This document shows positions 47,567 through 57,704 of a DNA stretch of 64,000 nt, one piece after another. Origin of the DNA: a virus; the IMG/VR virus record IMGVR_UViG_3300005573_000073, positions 1 through 64,000 of that record; one strand, written 5' to 3'. How positions within the stretch are numbered: the first letter of the stretch is position 1; each line of letters opens with the position of its first letter. A model generated the notes under the pieces. That model saw nothing but the letters and a program-made list of their open reading frames with translations, ran no database searches and was not told the origin of the DNA. The position numbers were made by a program, and so were the translations under genes.

Positions 47567-48079
47567 TTGTCAGAAAAAAAAGATATTGAAAAATCATTCC
47601 CGAAAGAAGATGCAGATGCAGATGAAACAAAGCCAGCATCATCATGGGCACAGGAACCAGAAACTAAAAGATCAACTCCAACAATGGGAGAAGTATTCTT
47701 ATATATTGCAAAACAATTAAAAGAAATAAATGATAAAATGACGGCTTTACTTGAAAAAACCGAAAAAATTACAGAACCAGCCAAAGAAAAAATACCAGTG
47801 CAATTACCAGTTATGAAAAACGTTACACCACCATCAACGCCAACAACAACAGATAAAAAATTTGAAACAATAAAAGAATCTCTTGCAAGTTACATAAGAG
47901 ATGACATGGTTGAAGTTTCTTCAGATGAAAACAATATGTTTTACATTATACGGATAAAAAGATTTCTCGGTGCACAAAATTTCGCAAACATTGCTGCAAT
48001 AGCAAAATCATACAATGGAGAATATGTAAGTCAAGGAAAAGCGTCACATTTCAAAATTCCAAAAGGCGACTTTAAGTAA
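47567..48079 (+). CDS. hypothetical protein with conserved C-terminal domain (FLG.NFA.IA...GEYVS.GK.SHFKIPK)
   Basis: I recall this C-terminal motif from Bathyarchaeia proteins; unverified. Confidence 0.5.
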   Translation: MSEKKDIEKSFPKEDADADETKPASSWAQEPETKRSTPTMGEVFLYIAKQLKEINDKMTALLEKTEKITEPAKEKIPVQLPVMKNVTPPSTPTTTDKKFETIKESLASYIRDDMVEVSSDENNMFYIIRIKRFLGAQNFANIAAIAKSYNGEYVSQGKASHFKIPKGDFK

Positions 48080-48163
48080 CTAAAAACGTTAAGGGAAAAT
48101 CTTAAATAATTGTTAGTCTAATCCAAAAAATTTAAATACTCAAACATACATTTTCTTTTTAAA

Positions 48164-48520
48164 GTGATAAGAATGAAAGAAGATTATGAATACATTTGCG
48201 AATATGAAGGATTAACTATTCAAGAAGCAAAATTAACATATGCTGCCAGACAAAAATTGCCAGACAGTGCATTTTGTGGTCCTAACAGAACATACCCAGC
48301 ACATGATGCTGCACACGTGAGAAACGCATTTGTTCGTTTAGCCACTTTTGGTAAGAGATTGAAACCAGCAGTTCGTGAACGAATTCATGGTTGCTTAATG
48401 AAGCGGGCTAAAAGATTCGGTGTAGAACATGGTGGATGCTGGATTTGCAAACGCAAACAAGAAACATTGATAAATTGGTATTTAAAAGAAAAAGGCATAA
48501 CGGTAAAGAAGAGCAATTAA
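48164..48520 (+). CDS. head-associated conserved viral protein
   Basis: RQKLPDSAFCGP.RTYP.HDAAHVRNA motif seen in phage head modules. Confidence 0.6.
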   Translation: MIRMKEDYEYICEYEGLTIQEAKLTYAARQKLPDSAFCGPNRTYPAHDAAHVRNAFVRLATFGKRLKPAVRERIHGCLMKRAKRFGVEHGGCWICKRKQETLINWYLKEKGITVKKSN

Positions 48521-48549
48521 ATGCTTTTCTTTAAGAAGGTGAAATAAAA

Positions 48550-48984
48550 ATGGCAGGTCCATATCGTTGCACAAATATGGTTGTAAAAGTTACTGTTGAT
48601 AGCACAGAATACACGCTTGGAGTTGTTGAAGGATTAGATATTGATGTAAGATATGAAGGGGGAGCAGAACCAATTTATGGTTCAAGAATTCGAAGACACA
48701 GTGCAGGTTCAAAACATGCAACATTTACAATTACACGCTGGTTTTACAGTGATGCAAAACAAGAAGCTTTAATTCTTGATTTGTTCCTCAATGAATCAAT
48801 ATTTATATTAGAAGGTTCATTGCAAGATAATAGTGGAAACCCAATAGCAAATACAAGCATTAAGTTAACAGGTTGCAGACTTTACAGGTATCGTCCAAGA
48901 ACTGGAAGAGCCGATGATATAATTGGTGAAGAAGGAATGGGAGAAGCAACCGACTGGACTATGAACGTTGGAAATACATCATAG
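48550..48984 (+). CDS. tail tube protein (putative)
   Basis: 144 aa, beta-rich pattern LGVVEGLD..EPIYGS..ATFTITR..IKLTGC. Confidence 0.6.
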   Translation: MAGPYRCTNMVVKVTVDSTEYTLGVVEGLDIDVRYEGGAEPIYGSRIRRHSAGSKHATFTITRWFYSDAKQEALILDLFLNESIFILEGSLQDNSGNPIANTSIKLTGCRLYRYRPRTGRADDIIGEEGMGEATDWTMNVGNTS

Positions 48985-48994
48985 GTGAATAAAA

Positions 48995-49378
48995 ATGCCA
49001 ATAGAAAAAACTCCAAACTACATAAGAATAAGAGTGGAATCTCCAAGTAAATTTGTTAGATTTCGTGTTAAAACATTGGGAAAAGGAATTAAAGCAGTTA
49101 TTGGGTTTTTCAAAGAGGGAGGAAGCAAAATTCAAAGTTTGCTTTTTCCAAGAAGTAGATATACACTTGCAGAAGCTAAAGCATGGGTTAAATCACATGG
49201 ATACACAGTTCATGAAACACTGCTTGTCTATGATATAATAATTAATCCTAAAACATTCAATATGATTTTTATAGAGGAAACAGTTGATGAAGTGCAAGAG
49301 TCGCAGATTCCACGTCCAACAAGAAAACCATGGCAATGGTTGTTAGATGACGAGGTAGAGTGGACTCTTTATGAGTGA
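48995..49378 (+). CDS. head-morphogenesis-associated protein
   Basis: YIRIRV..FR..GIKAVIG..IQSL.F..EAKAWVKSH, a domain often found near prohead proteases. Confidence 0.5.
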   Translation: MPIEKTPNYIRIRVESPSKFVRFRVKTLGKGIKAVIGFFKEGGSKIQSLLFPRSRYTLAEAKAWVKSHGYTVHETLLVYDIIINPKTFNMIFIEETVDEVQESQIPRPTRKPWQWLLDDEVEWTLYE

Positions 49379-50027
49379 AAATGAATTTATGGTTTTCGAA
49401 TATAACTTTATTTCTCCAATTCTACGAATTGAAGAAACTGAACATGGCGTTTTAGTTGAAGGAACATTACTTTCTGAAGGAACAAGTAAAAATGGAAATT
49501 TATATACGATAGATGAAATGGAAAAAATAGCAACGCAAGCAGTTGGAAAACCAGTGTTTTACGGTGTTCGTGAAGGAATTGATCCAAACACAGGCTTAAA
49601 AGTTAAAAATTTACATGATGATTCTCCTGAAAACCAAGTTGGACGAATAATAGATGCTTGGCTTGATAAACAAAATAGAAAAATTAAATTCATTGCAGGA
49701 ATAGTAAACACATTAAAGTTTCCAGACATCATTCAACGTGTCAAAGAAGGATGGGGCATAAGCATTGGAGGATTTGTCAAAAAAGCTTCTTGGGTTTTAA
49801 ATGAAGCGAAAAAATTATGTTTAAAAATTGAAAACATGGTTGTTGAACATGCTTGTATGATTCCTCCTTATGTTCGCCGTGGACAAGATGAGGCAAAAAT
49901 CGAAAAAGTTTCAAAAATTCAGGAAACAATGATTTTCTCTGAAGATGAAACATTTCAAGTAAGTAAGATAGTGGTTAAAAGCGGTAGAGGCGTTTCAATT
50001 AATAAAGTTCGTTATTCTGAATCGTAA
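49371..50027 (+). CDS. prohead maturation protease
   Basis: SKNGNLY, LHDD, VGRII, GISIGG; precedes scaffold and capsid genes. Confidence 0.7.
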   Translation: MSENEFMVFEYNFISPILRIEETEHGVLVEGTLLSEGTSKNGNLYTIDEMEKIATQAVGKPVFYGVREGIDPNTGLKVKNLHDDSPENQVGRIIDAWLDKQNRKIKFIAGIVNTLKFPDIIQRVKEGWGISIGGFVKKASWVLNEAKKLCLKIENMVVEHACMIPPYVRRGQDEAKIEKVSKIQETMIFSEDETFQVSKIVVKSGRGVSINKVRYSES

Positions 50028-50509
50028 TACCATTCTAAAAATCTTTCAAGACCATATCGTTTAGGTATATAACTGTCAAGTTTCTTTTTACAATTTAAAC
50101 ATAATGTTATTTTTGATTCACAACCTAAACCAGCAAATGTCTTTCCCTCTAAACCTAATGGTAAATCAATTTCCATAACGTTAACAGTTGAACCGCATTT
50201 TCTACATTTGTAATCGTCACGTTCTAATGTTCGTGAAATATTGGAAGATCCCACATTACGTTCAGATTTTATTGCACTCATCATTTTATGTTCTTGTTCA
50301 TCTAAAAACTTGTCAATATATGTTTGAATCCTTTCAGTTATAATTCCACGTTTAATAAATGATGTTGCAACATCAGTTATAGTTGAGTTTTCAATTTTAG
50401 CCACGTTTTCAATAATATCAAATAGTTGATTTGGAATTCTAACACTTAAACGAGTTGAACGATTATTTCTATCTCGCATTTTGTCACCATTAATAATTAT
50501 GTTAAACAA
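50012..50509 (-). CDS. ribbon-helix-helix regulator with C-terminal HNH-like Zn domain
   Basis: RLSVRIPNQLFDIIENVAK..TITDVA; LERDDYKCRKCG...ITLCLNC. Confidence 0.6.
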   Translation of the reverse strand: MFNIIINGDKMRDRNNRSTRLSVRIPNQLFDIIENVAKIENSTITDVATSFIKRGIITERIQTYIDKFLDEQEHKMMSAIKSERNVGSSNISRTLERDDYKCRKCGSTVNVMEIDLPLGLEGKTFAGLGCESKITLCLNCKKKLDSYIPKRYGLERFLEWYYDSE

Positions 50510-50600
50510 TTATTTAAATCTTTTGGGACACAGTGGGTTCCAAAAAAAGCAAAATATTTAAATACCTGATTGTTACTTATTTTTTCAGAGGTAAAATAAA

Positions 50601-51371
50601 ATGTCCGAACAAGATAAAGGAAAAGAAAAAGAACAAAAACTAACGATAGAAGTTGACAGAAGTTCTGAAATTGCAAAATTACAAGAAGAACTTAAACGCA
50701 TAGAAGCTGAAGCAAAAAAAGCTAAAGAAGAAGCTGAACGTTTAGCAAAAGAAAAGGAAGCAATAGAACAGGAAAAAGCTAATTTGTTATCTGAAAAAGA
50801 GGAATTACAAGGAGCATTAACAACCATTGCAGAAAAAGAATATAATGCCAAGAAAGAGGCAATAATGAAACGTGTTAAAGGTGTTTTTTCAGAGGATGAT
50901 AAACGTTTGAAAGATATAGAGGAAAAACTTAATGATCCAGAGAAAGGACCAGAGAATATTAAGGAAGTTGAATTTATGGTTGGAGTTCTTGAAGATGCAA
51001 TGAAAAAGGGGAAAGAAGAAATTGAAAAATTAAAGAAGGCTGAAGAAGAAAAAGCTAAACAGCAATTAGCAACATCTCCTCCACCTGCACCTGTTGGGGG
51101 AACAACTGCTATGCTTAATGAAAAACAATTAACTGGTGGTAAAAAAGAGGAAGAGGGCTACGAGTCTTATGAAGCTATGATTCGTGATTTGCGTGCAAAA
51201 GCAAGAGATACAAGTAATCCAGAGAAGCAGGCTGAAGCAGAAGCAATATTGAAGGAACTGTTTAAGAAATGGGCTATAACGTTAAGAGATGATTTGAGGA
51301 AAAAGACGAATGCAGCACCACAAGTTGAATATGAAAGTCGAGAAAAAGTTGGACATAAGGAGGAGACATAA
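50601..51371 (+). CDS. capsid scaffolding protein
   Basis: Highly charged coiled coil between the protease and major capsid genes. Confidence 0.65.
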   Translation: MSEQDKGKEKEQKLTIEVDRSSEIAKLQEELKRIEAEAKKAKEEAERLAKEKEAIEQEKANLLSEKEELQGALTTIAEKEYNAKKEAIMKRVKGVFSEDDKRLKDIEEKLNDPEKGPENIKEVEFMVGVLEDAMKKGKEEIEKLKKAEEEKAKQQLATSPPPAPVGGTTAMLNEKQLTGGKKEEEGYESYEAMIRDLRAKARDTSNPEKQAEAEAILKELFKKWAITLRDDLRKKTNAAPQVEYESREKVGHKEET

Positions 51372-51373
51372 AC

Positions 51374-51829
51374 ATGTCAGGCGTTCCGCAAGTTAGAAGT
51401 ATTCGTGATGTTCCACCGCCAAAAAAAGGTAAGAATTATCATGAATACGATGGTGTCAGATACGAGTTTGATGAACCATATGATGAACTTTACTGGGAAG
51501 AAATAACCCAAACTGGCGGTGCAATCCATCATAGAGTCTGGCATTATTATCAAGGTATAGTTCCATGTCCCGCATGCCAACGAACAGATGATACAGTGTT
51601 TTATATAGAAAGAACAGGAGTATTCATGAAATGTAAATGGTGTGAAGTAACAATACCTGTTCCACCAATGGATATAGAAACAAAGGAGTCATGGGCAGAA
51701 CTTGTAGAAGATAAAGTAGTTACTCCAGAGGAAGCTACAGCAATATGTAATAGAGTTGCACAGATGATTCCATCTTCAGCACTTACTAGAGGAGCAAGAC
51801 CGCCAAGACCAAAAACTTCTAAAAGTTAG
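51374..51829 (+). CDS. zinc-binding hypothetical protein
   Basis: CPAC...CKWC. Confidence 0.55.
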   Translation: MSGVPQVRSIRDVPPPKKGKNYHEYDGVRYEFDEPYDELYWEEITQTGGAIHHRVWHYYQGIVPCPACQRTDDTVFYIERTGVFMKCKWCEVTIPVPPMDIETKESWAELVEDKVVTPEEATAICNRVAQMIPSSALTRGARPPRPKTSKS

Positions 51830-51918
51830 TTTTTTTAATATTTCTCTCTTTTTTTAAAAATATTTTTTTGTAAATAAAGATTTAAATATCTATTCTTATT
51901 TAAATAATTACGTAAAAG

Positions 51919-52848
51919 GTGAAAATTAAAATGGCAAAAATAACTATTTCCGAAACTTTGCAAGCCTCTTCAGGTATTGACTATGGAGCATTCTTGATTT
52001 ACAGTGAAGTAATTGAAGGAGCAAGACGACCACTAGTATTCTTTGACACTGTAACAGAAGATTTCTCTCTGATTGGAAGCACAGGCGTTCAAATTTATGT
52101 TCCAACTGCTACACAGTTGACAGCCACAAAATTGACATCAAGTATAGAAGACCAAATATCTTCAGGATTTACTTCAAGTGCAAAAACAATAAGCAAAGTG
52201 CTTATTAATGTGTCTGTTTTTATATACTGTGCAATGTCTCTGACAGATATATTGAAGGAAGACTATCCAAATATAGATTGGCTACGGCTGGCTTTACACA
52301 ATATGGGTAAAGCAGTTCTGGAACAAATAGACGCTGATATTGAATCTGCATATTCTTCAGGTGCATATAACTATGGAATAACTTGCACTGATCTTTCATA
52401 CGAGGAAGTAATTGATGCTTTAGCTGCAATGGCTGCACAAAAATGGATGGCTGAACCAGATAATCCGCCATTCCTTATTACGAGTCCAGCTTCAGCAGCT
52501 AAATTGATGAAAGACACTAGATTCCTGTTAAGCCAACGTTACGCATTGGGAATTGCACCAGAAAAGATAGGTCAACTATTGATAACTGAAGGAACGGTTG
52601 GATTATATGCTGGTTGCCGTGTTCTGCAAACACCACTGCTTGCAGGCACAGGTAAATCATATATAGTCTTTCCGCCAAACTTCAAGTGGGGACCAGTTGC
52701 AATACTAGCTTGGAAGCGTAAGATGCGTGTCCGTGAAATGAGATATGAAGACAAAGAGATAAGCATTCTTGCGTGCACAGCTAGATGCATCCCCGTAGTC
52801 ATACAGAGTAGAGGCATTTGCAAGATTCTTGAATCAAGTTCACCGTAA
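51919..52848 (+). CDS. major capsid protein (HK97 fold)
   Basis: Size about 305 aa; motifs MGKAVLEQIDADI, LITSP, GTVGLYAGCRVLQT; gene context. Confidence 0.75.
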   Translation: MKIKMAKITISETLQASSGIDYGAFLIYSEVIEGARRPLVFFDTVTEDFSLIGSTGVQIYVPTATQLTATKLTSSIEDQISSGFTSSAKTISKVLINVSVFIYCAMSLTDILKEDYPNIDWLRLALHNMGKAVLEQIDADIESAYSSGAYNYGITCTDLSYEEVIDALAAMAAQKWMAEPDNPPFLITSPASAAKLMKDTRFLLSQRYALGIAPEKIGQLLITEGTVGLYAGCRVLQTPLLAGTGKSYIVFPPNFKWGPVAILAWKRKMRVREMRYEDKEISILACTARCIPVVIQSRGICKILESSSP

Positions 52849-52943
52849 AAGTGGATTTGATTTGGGAAAAACCCTTCTCTTTTTTTTGTTTAAACCGCAA
52901 AGTTTATATACTACCTTTTATACTTATTATTTTGTGAAATAAA

Positions 52944-53351
52944 ATGGAAGAACAAAAAAATAAAAAAGAACCAATTATAATTCCACGTGACATATCTATA
53001 CCTGAATATGAAATTCCAAAAAATATGGCAATATGGGCTAGTGAAGGAGATTACAGTGAAGGATTTAAACAGTTGCTTTCTGATTTAACTGATATTTGTT
53101 TGTATGTAGCTAAACAACTGAATGAGGGACCAGAAGTTAAAGATAGCGTTGCTAAACGTGTAATAACTTTAAAGTCACTAATAAAATATCTGATTATGCG
53201 GGTTTTCCTTAATAATATTGAACGTGAAGGAATTCTTCATCAGATAATTCTTGACCTTTACTATGAATATCAACAAGCTGAAGCTGTTAAAAGATACAAA
53301 TCAATGTTAGAAGAACAGCAAAAGAGGGCGACTGAAGATTATGCAATCTAA
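52944..53351 (+). CDS. hypothetical protein
   Basis: First gene after the promoter at 52893-52910. Confidence 0.55.
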   Translation: MEEQKNKKEPIIIPRDISIPEYEIPKNMAIWASEGDYSEGFKQLLSDLTDICLYVAKQLNEGPEVKDSVAKRVITLKSLIKYLIMRVFLNNIEREGILHQIILDLYYEYQQAEAVKRYKSMLEEQQKRATEDYAI

Positions 53352-53604
53352 TCAAGAAGCATTTCCAGTTGATTCGACAATATCCGTTATTAACGGAGAA
53401 ACAATATATAAAAATAACAACTGGTGGCTTGCTGTTATATTAGCCAATACGTTTGGTCATAATAAAATTTTGATTTATCAATGGAGATTTGACAAAACAA
53501 GCAATAAATGGAAGCGAAAACAAAAATTAAGCATCAATTTTTCTAAAGACTGGGAAAAAATGAAACCAATAATTGAAAGGTATATTAAGGAAGCAAATAT
53601 TTAA
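53341..53604 (+). CDS. small PC4-like DNA-binding protein (tentative)
   Basis: Beta-rich, Trp-containing, C-terminal helix; precedes RadA. Confidence 0.35.
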   Translation: MQSNQEAFPVDSTISVINGETIYKNNNWWLAVILANTFGHNKILIYQWRFDKTSNKWKRKQKLSINFSKDWEKMKPIIERYIKEANI

Positions 53605-53620
53605 GATGTGGTAGATTCTT

Positions 53621-54610
53621 ATGACGGATACAAGAGAGATTGTTGATGAAATTGTTAAAACAAAATCTCACGTGATTAAAGAGTTTTTGGATAAACTTGG
53701 CAAAATAAAGATTGAACCTGTTGACATTGAAAAACTTGAAAAACAAGAACAGGAACAATTTAAAATTAAAACTGGAACAATAATAGATGAAATGATTGGT
53801 GGAGGAGTTCCTGAAGGTAAATCTGTGATGCTTTATGGAGAGTTTGGAAGTGGAAAAACACAAACATGTTTTACGACAGTTTGTTTAGCAAAAGGTTACA
53901 TAATATACATTGATACAGAAGGAAGTTTTTCTTGTCAACGATTAAAACAAATCTGTGAAAGTCGCAAAATAGACTGGAATGATGTTAAGAAAAGAATAAT
54001 TCTTTACACAGCAGAAAACTGGATTCAACAAATGTATATTTTACAAAGTCTTCCAAGTCCATCTGATGTTAATGGAAAAGTTGATTTAATAATATGCGAT
54101 AGTTACAGCAAACATTTTCGTGGAATTGAGTTTGTTGGTAGAGAAACATTACAGCTTAAAAATGGATTCATAAGAGAATTCATATTTTCGTTAGAACGAT
54201 TAGCAAAACAACACCGTGCAGCATTAATTTACACCACTCAAATTTACGATGAACCAAAAGCTTCACCATACGCAACTAAAGCCGACACACAAAAACCTGT
54301 TGGCGGACATAGTGCAGAACATCAACCTGATTTTATACTGTTCTTTAGAAGAGGAACAGGAAACGTAAGAATTGTCCGTATGGTTGATTCTAGTTATACA
54401 GCATTAAGTGAACGGGCATTTTTAATTACAGAAAAAGGAATTGAAGATCTTCCACCTGATACTAAAATATCTAAAACACTTGAACCGCAAATCGAAAAAT
54501 TCGAGACAAAGCAACATCAAGAAGAAATAAAAATAAAGAAAAAAGAAAAAAGTCAAGATCAAGAGAATAAAGATAGTGAAGAGGAAATTGTTGATGAAGC
54601 GGTGATGTAA
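53621..54610 (+). CDS. radA: RadA/RecA-family recombinase
   Basis: IDEMIGGG, YGEFGSGKTQ, YIDTEGSF, LIICDS, PVGGH. Confidence 0.9.
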   Translation: MTDTREIVDEIVKTKSHVIKEFLDKLGKIKIEPVDIEKLEKQEQEQFKIKTGTIIDEMIGGGVPEGKSVMLYGEFGSGKTQTCFTTVCLAKGYIIYIDTEGSFSCQRLKQICESRKIDWNDVKKRIILYTAENWIQQMYILQSLPSPSDVNGKVDLIICDSYSKHFRGIEFVGRETLQLKNGFIREFIFSLERLAKQHRAALIYTTQIYDEPKASPYATKADTQKPVGGHSAEHQPDFILFFRRGTGNVRIVRMVDSSYTALSERAFLITEKGIEDLPPDTKISKTLEPQIEKFETKQHQEEIKIKKKEKSQDQENKDSEEEIVDEAVM

Positions 54611-55395
54611 TGACGCATGAGTTTATTTTAACTCCAAGAATGGCAAATATTTTGAAGGGGCGTAAAATGCGTTTAATTTGCAGTGCACCGAAATGTTTAT
54701 TTGCCACTGGTGAAACTAACGATTTGCTTTTTGAAAGGGAAATAAAAGTTAAAGGTTACGGAATATGTAGTAGATGCGGTCATAAAACTCCATTAGAAAT
54801 GTTTGAATATTCTGATCAAAAAGCTGTGGAGCTAGCACATAAACATGAATATAGAGCCAAAAGTAAATTGACAATTCCTAAATGTGAAGTTTGCGGTGGA
54901 AGAACAAGAGTTGTATATACACAAAAAGTCATTGCTCGCCATCATAAAAAATCTCATTTTTATTATCATAAAGAATGTTGGGAAAATATGTATTTTCATG
55001 GTGAAACAGGAGAGTTATTTAAACGTCAAAAATATAGGATGCGTTATGCTGGAACTCACGGTCACGGTTGCGTGATTTTTCTACCGTTTGATCCACGAAA
55101 AGGTGTTTGTATGGCTTGTGGTAAATCCAGAGAGAAAGGAGAAATTAAAACAACATCTTTGCATCATTGGAAATATGCATATAAAGCTGATACAATTAGA
55201 AAAAACCCGATTTTAATTTTGGAAAATACTACAGAACTTTGTTTTGCATGCCACATGATTGCCGACTCTTTCAGAAATATGCTTAAACTTTCTGATGAAA
55301 GAATAATGAATGTTTATAAAACGATGCCTAAAGAAATGCAGGAACGATTTAAATTTTTATGTGGCAAAATCATCAGGAAGAGATTTAAATGGTAA
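54610..55395 (+). CDS. zinc-finger/HNH-like protein
   Basis: Several CxxC; CMACG...LHHW...ELCFACH. Confidence 0.55.
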   Translation: MTHEFILTPRMANILKGRKMRLICSAPKCLFATGETNDLLFEREIKVKGYGICSRCGHKTPLEMFEYSDQKAVELAHKHEYRAKSKLTIPKCEVCGGRTRVVYTQKVIARHHKKSHFYYHKECWENMYFHGETGELFKRQKYRMRYAGTHGHGCVIFLPFDPRKGVCMACGKSREKGEIKTTSLHHWKYAYKADTIRKNPILILENTTELCFACHMIADSFRNMLKLSDERIMNVYKTMPKEMQERFKFLCGKIIRKRFKW

Positions 55396-55886
55396 GAGCA
55401 CAAGTAAGATGTTATCTAGCACATACATTTGGATTAAGATATTATGTTCGTGATGTTTTAATGACTAAAGTGCAGTCGTTAGGTATTTTAACTAAAAACC
55501 CATTTTATGAGTCAGATGGAACTTCCAAACGAAAAGAAGTAATTCTGGCGGATGAATATAATCTTTTTTCTGAAACATCACTGAACAAGAAAGAAATTAA
55601 AAAATGGTCTAAACTAGTGAAGAAGAAAAATGTTAACATTGTAAAAACAGATTTAAAATCAATTGATAGAAGTGATTTTACTATTGCATACATGCAAAAA
55701 TTAAGTGCAGGAACCATGTGTGAAATATTTTATACAGGAGTAATAAAGAAAAGACCAGTATTTTTACTCACAGAAGATGAAGAATTAAAAAATCATCCGT
55801 GGATTATTTATTCATGTCGTTTTGGAAAAATCTGTAGTTCATTAGATGAATTGTTAAAGGTTTTAAAACGGAGATATTGTAGTTGA
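55389..55886 (+). CDS. nucleoside 2-deoxyribosyltransferase-like protein
   Basis: YLAH, DLKSIDRSD, SAGTMCEI. Confidence 0.7.
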   Translation: MVRAQVRCYLAHTFGLRYYVRDVLMTKVQSLGILTKNPFYESDGTSKRKEVILADEYNLFSETSLNKKEIKKWSKLVKKKNVNIVKTDLKSIDRSDFTIAYMQKLSAGTMCEIFYTGVIKKRPVFLLTEDEELKNHPWIIYSCRFGKICSSLDELLKVLKRRYCS

Positions 55887-56956
55887 AAGAAGACCATATA
55901 ACTAAAGAAGAATTTATGTTAGATTATTTTGGTTATATTGGTGGAAGAGATTTAGGTAATCCAAAACAATTTTTCGTAGATAATCCAAATGAAATTATAA
56001 AGTTCGTAAATGAAAATAACGCTAAAAAACTGCCAAGTTACTGTTCTGTTCAACCAAGAAAAGAGCATAAAAAAATTTTAGGCATTGAAAAATTATTTTT
56101 TGAGTTTGATTACGGACATGAAAACGAAAAGTTGTCAGATAAAAAAATTGAAGAGAAGAAAGTGGAATTAGAACAGGAAGTTAAAGATTTCGTTAGTTTT
56201 TTAGATAGTCAGAATATTAGTCCATTAATTGTTAAAACAAGACGTGGTTATCATGTTTATATTTATTTTGATCATGTGTATGATGTAACTGATTCTAGTG
56301 AGGAATTTTTACGTGAATTATATGTCACTTTAATTGAAACTATTATAAGTAGATATTTTTGTTTTAGAAAAAACGGAGGATTAAAATATCTTGATGAAGC
56401 GTGTGTTAAAGATGTTTATAGAATGGCAAGAGTTCCATTTTCTATACATGAAAAATCTGGAGAGGAATGTATTTTGGTTGAGTTAAAAAATAATTCTTTT
56501 AATAAATCTAAAATACGTGGCATTGCTATTCAACGTCAAAAAGGATTGAAAGAGGAAGATTTTGAACGTGCAATAAAAGAAACGAAAGCAAAATTAAAAA
56601 ATAGAGAGAACATTTTTATGGTAAAGCGTGAACAACAAAAACAAAATTGGATTATAAAACATGGGTTTGTTGGAAAAATTCGTCCATGTTTTATTCATAC
56701 ATTAAAAAGCGGAGAAATGCCACATCAACAAAGATTAGCGTTACTAATTGAAGCATGGTATAGTGGATACAGAACAGAAGATGATTTAACATTATTATTT
56801 ACGCCATTACATGATTTTAAAGATTCAATTACTCGAAGTCAAGTTCGATGGTTTTTGAAAAATGAAAAATGGAAAACAAAACCATATCGTTGTTCTACAT
56901 TAATTAAATTAGGATATTGTATTGGAAAAAAATGTCCATATTGGAGAAAACATTAA
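55883..56956 (+). CDS. archaeo-eukaryotic primase fused to a PriL-like Fe-S C-terminal domain
   Basis: FFEFD, TRRGYHVY, RMARVPFS; IRPC...YRC...C....CP. Confidence 0.8.
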   Translation: MKEDHITKEEFMLDYFGYIGGRDLGNPKQFFVDNPNEIIKFVNENNAKKLPSYCSVQPRKEHKKILGIEKLFFEFDYGHENEKLSDKKIEEKKVELEQEVKDFVSFLDSQNISPLIVKTRRGYHVYIYFDHVYDVTDSSEEFLRELYVTLIETIISRYFCFRKNGGLKYLDEACVKDVYRMARVPFSIHEKSGEECILVELKNNSFNKSKIRGIAIQRQKGLKEEDFERAIKETKAKLKNRENIFMVKREQQKQNWIIKHGFVGKIRPCFIHTLKSGEMPHQQRLALLIEAWYSGYRTEDDLTLLFTPLHDFKDSITRSQVRWFLKNEKWKTKPYRCSTLIKLGYCIGKKCPYWRKH

Positions 56957-57054
56957 AATGGTTCAACCAAATAAACGTAAAAACCGTAGAAACGAAAACG
57001 AGTTAAGTCAAGAAGACTGGAACGAAATACTTGAAGAATTAAAAAGGAGATATA

Positions 57055-57279
57055 GTGAATATGGAGAAAAAAAGGAAAACAACCAGTAAAGAGAAATGGC
57101 GATTTAATTATAAATGGGTTAAACAAGCATTCTTGGAAATTGATGAGTTAAAAAATAGAATAGATAAAATAGAAGAATTTCTTGGCGGGCAAGAATCAAT
57201 TTATAAGATTCTTAAAGACCGAAAAGCTTATAAATCTGAAAAACAAGATAATCAGGGGAATACTAATGAAGAAAAATAA
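57055..57279 (+). CDS. hypothetical protein
   Basis: 74-aa ORF. Confidence 0.45.
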   Translation: MNMEKKRKTTSKEKWRFNYKWVKQAFLEIDELKNRIDKIEEFLGGQESIYKILKDRKAYKSEKQDNQGNTNEEK

Positions 57280-57613
57280 GAAATATTATGGACATCCAAA
57301 GTTTTATGAAATTCTAAATAGGCTTGCGGATTTGCATTCCAAGAAGAACTATCAATACGCAACATCTGATGATCCTTTGGCTAACTTTAAACGCTGTGGA
57401 TTTCTCTGTAACAAACTTATTAAAATAGAAAATAAACCATTAGCAATGGCAATGTTCTATATGAGTAAACAAATTGACGCTGTCTATGAAATGATTGGAG
57501 AAAATAAGAAGGATACAATTGAAGAAATAAATGATAAATTCATGGATATAGCCGTATATTCAATTATATGCATGATTTTAAACGATGAATGGAAAAACAA
57601 GAAAAATAAGTAA
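57266..57613 (+). CDS. DUF1599/nucleotide-modification-associated domain protein
   Basis: KKNYQYA..DPLANF...DKFMDIAVYSII; probable start MKKNKKY. Confidence 0.6.
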   Translation: MKKNKKYYGHPKFYEILNRLADLHSKKNYQYATSDDPLANFKRCGFLCNKLIKIENKPLAMAMFYMSKQIDAVYEMIGENKKDTIEEINDKFMDIAVYSIICMILNDEWKNKKNK

Positions 57614-57704
57614 AAAATTTGGTTTTTTACGTTAAAAATTGAGTTTTTAAACCAAAAAATTTAAATAATTCAATGTTATTTAAATAATTAATTAAGGTGT
57701 TAGA

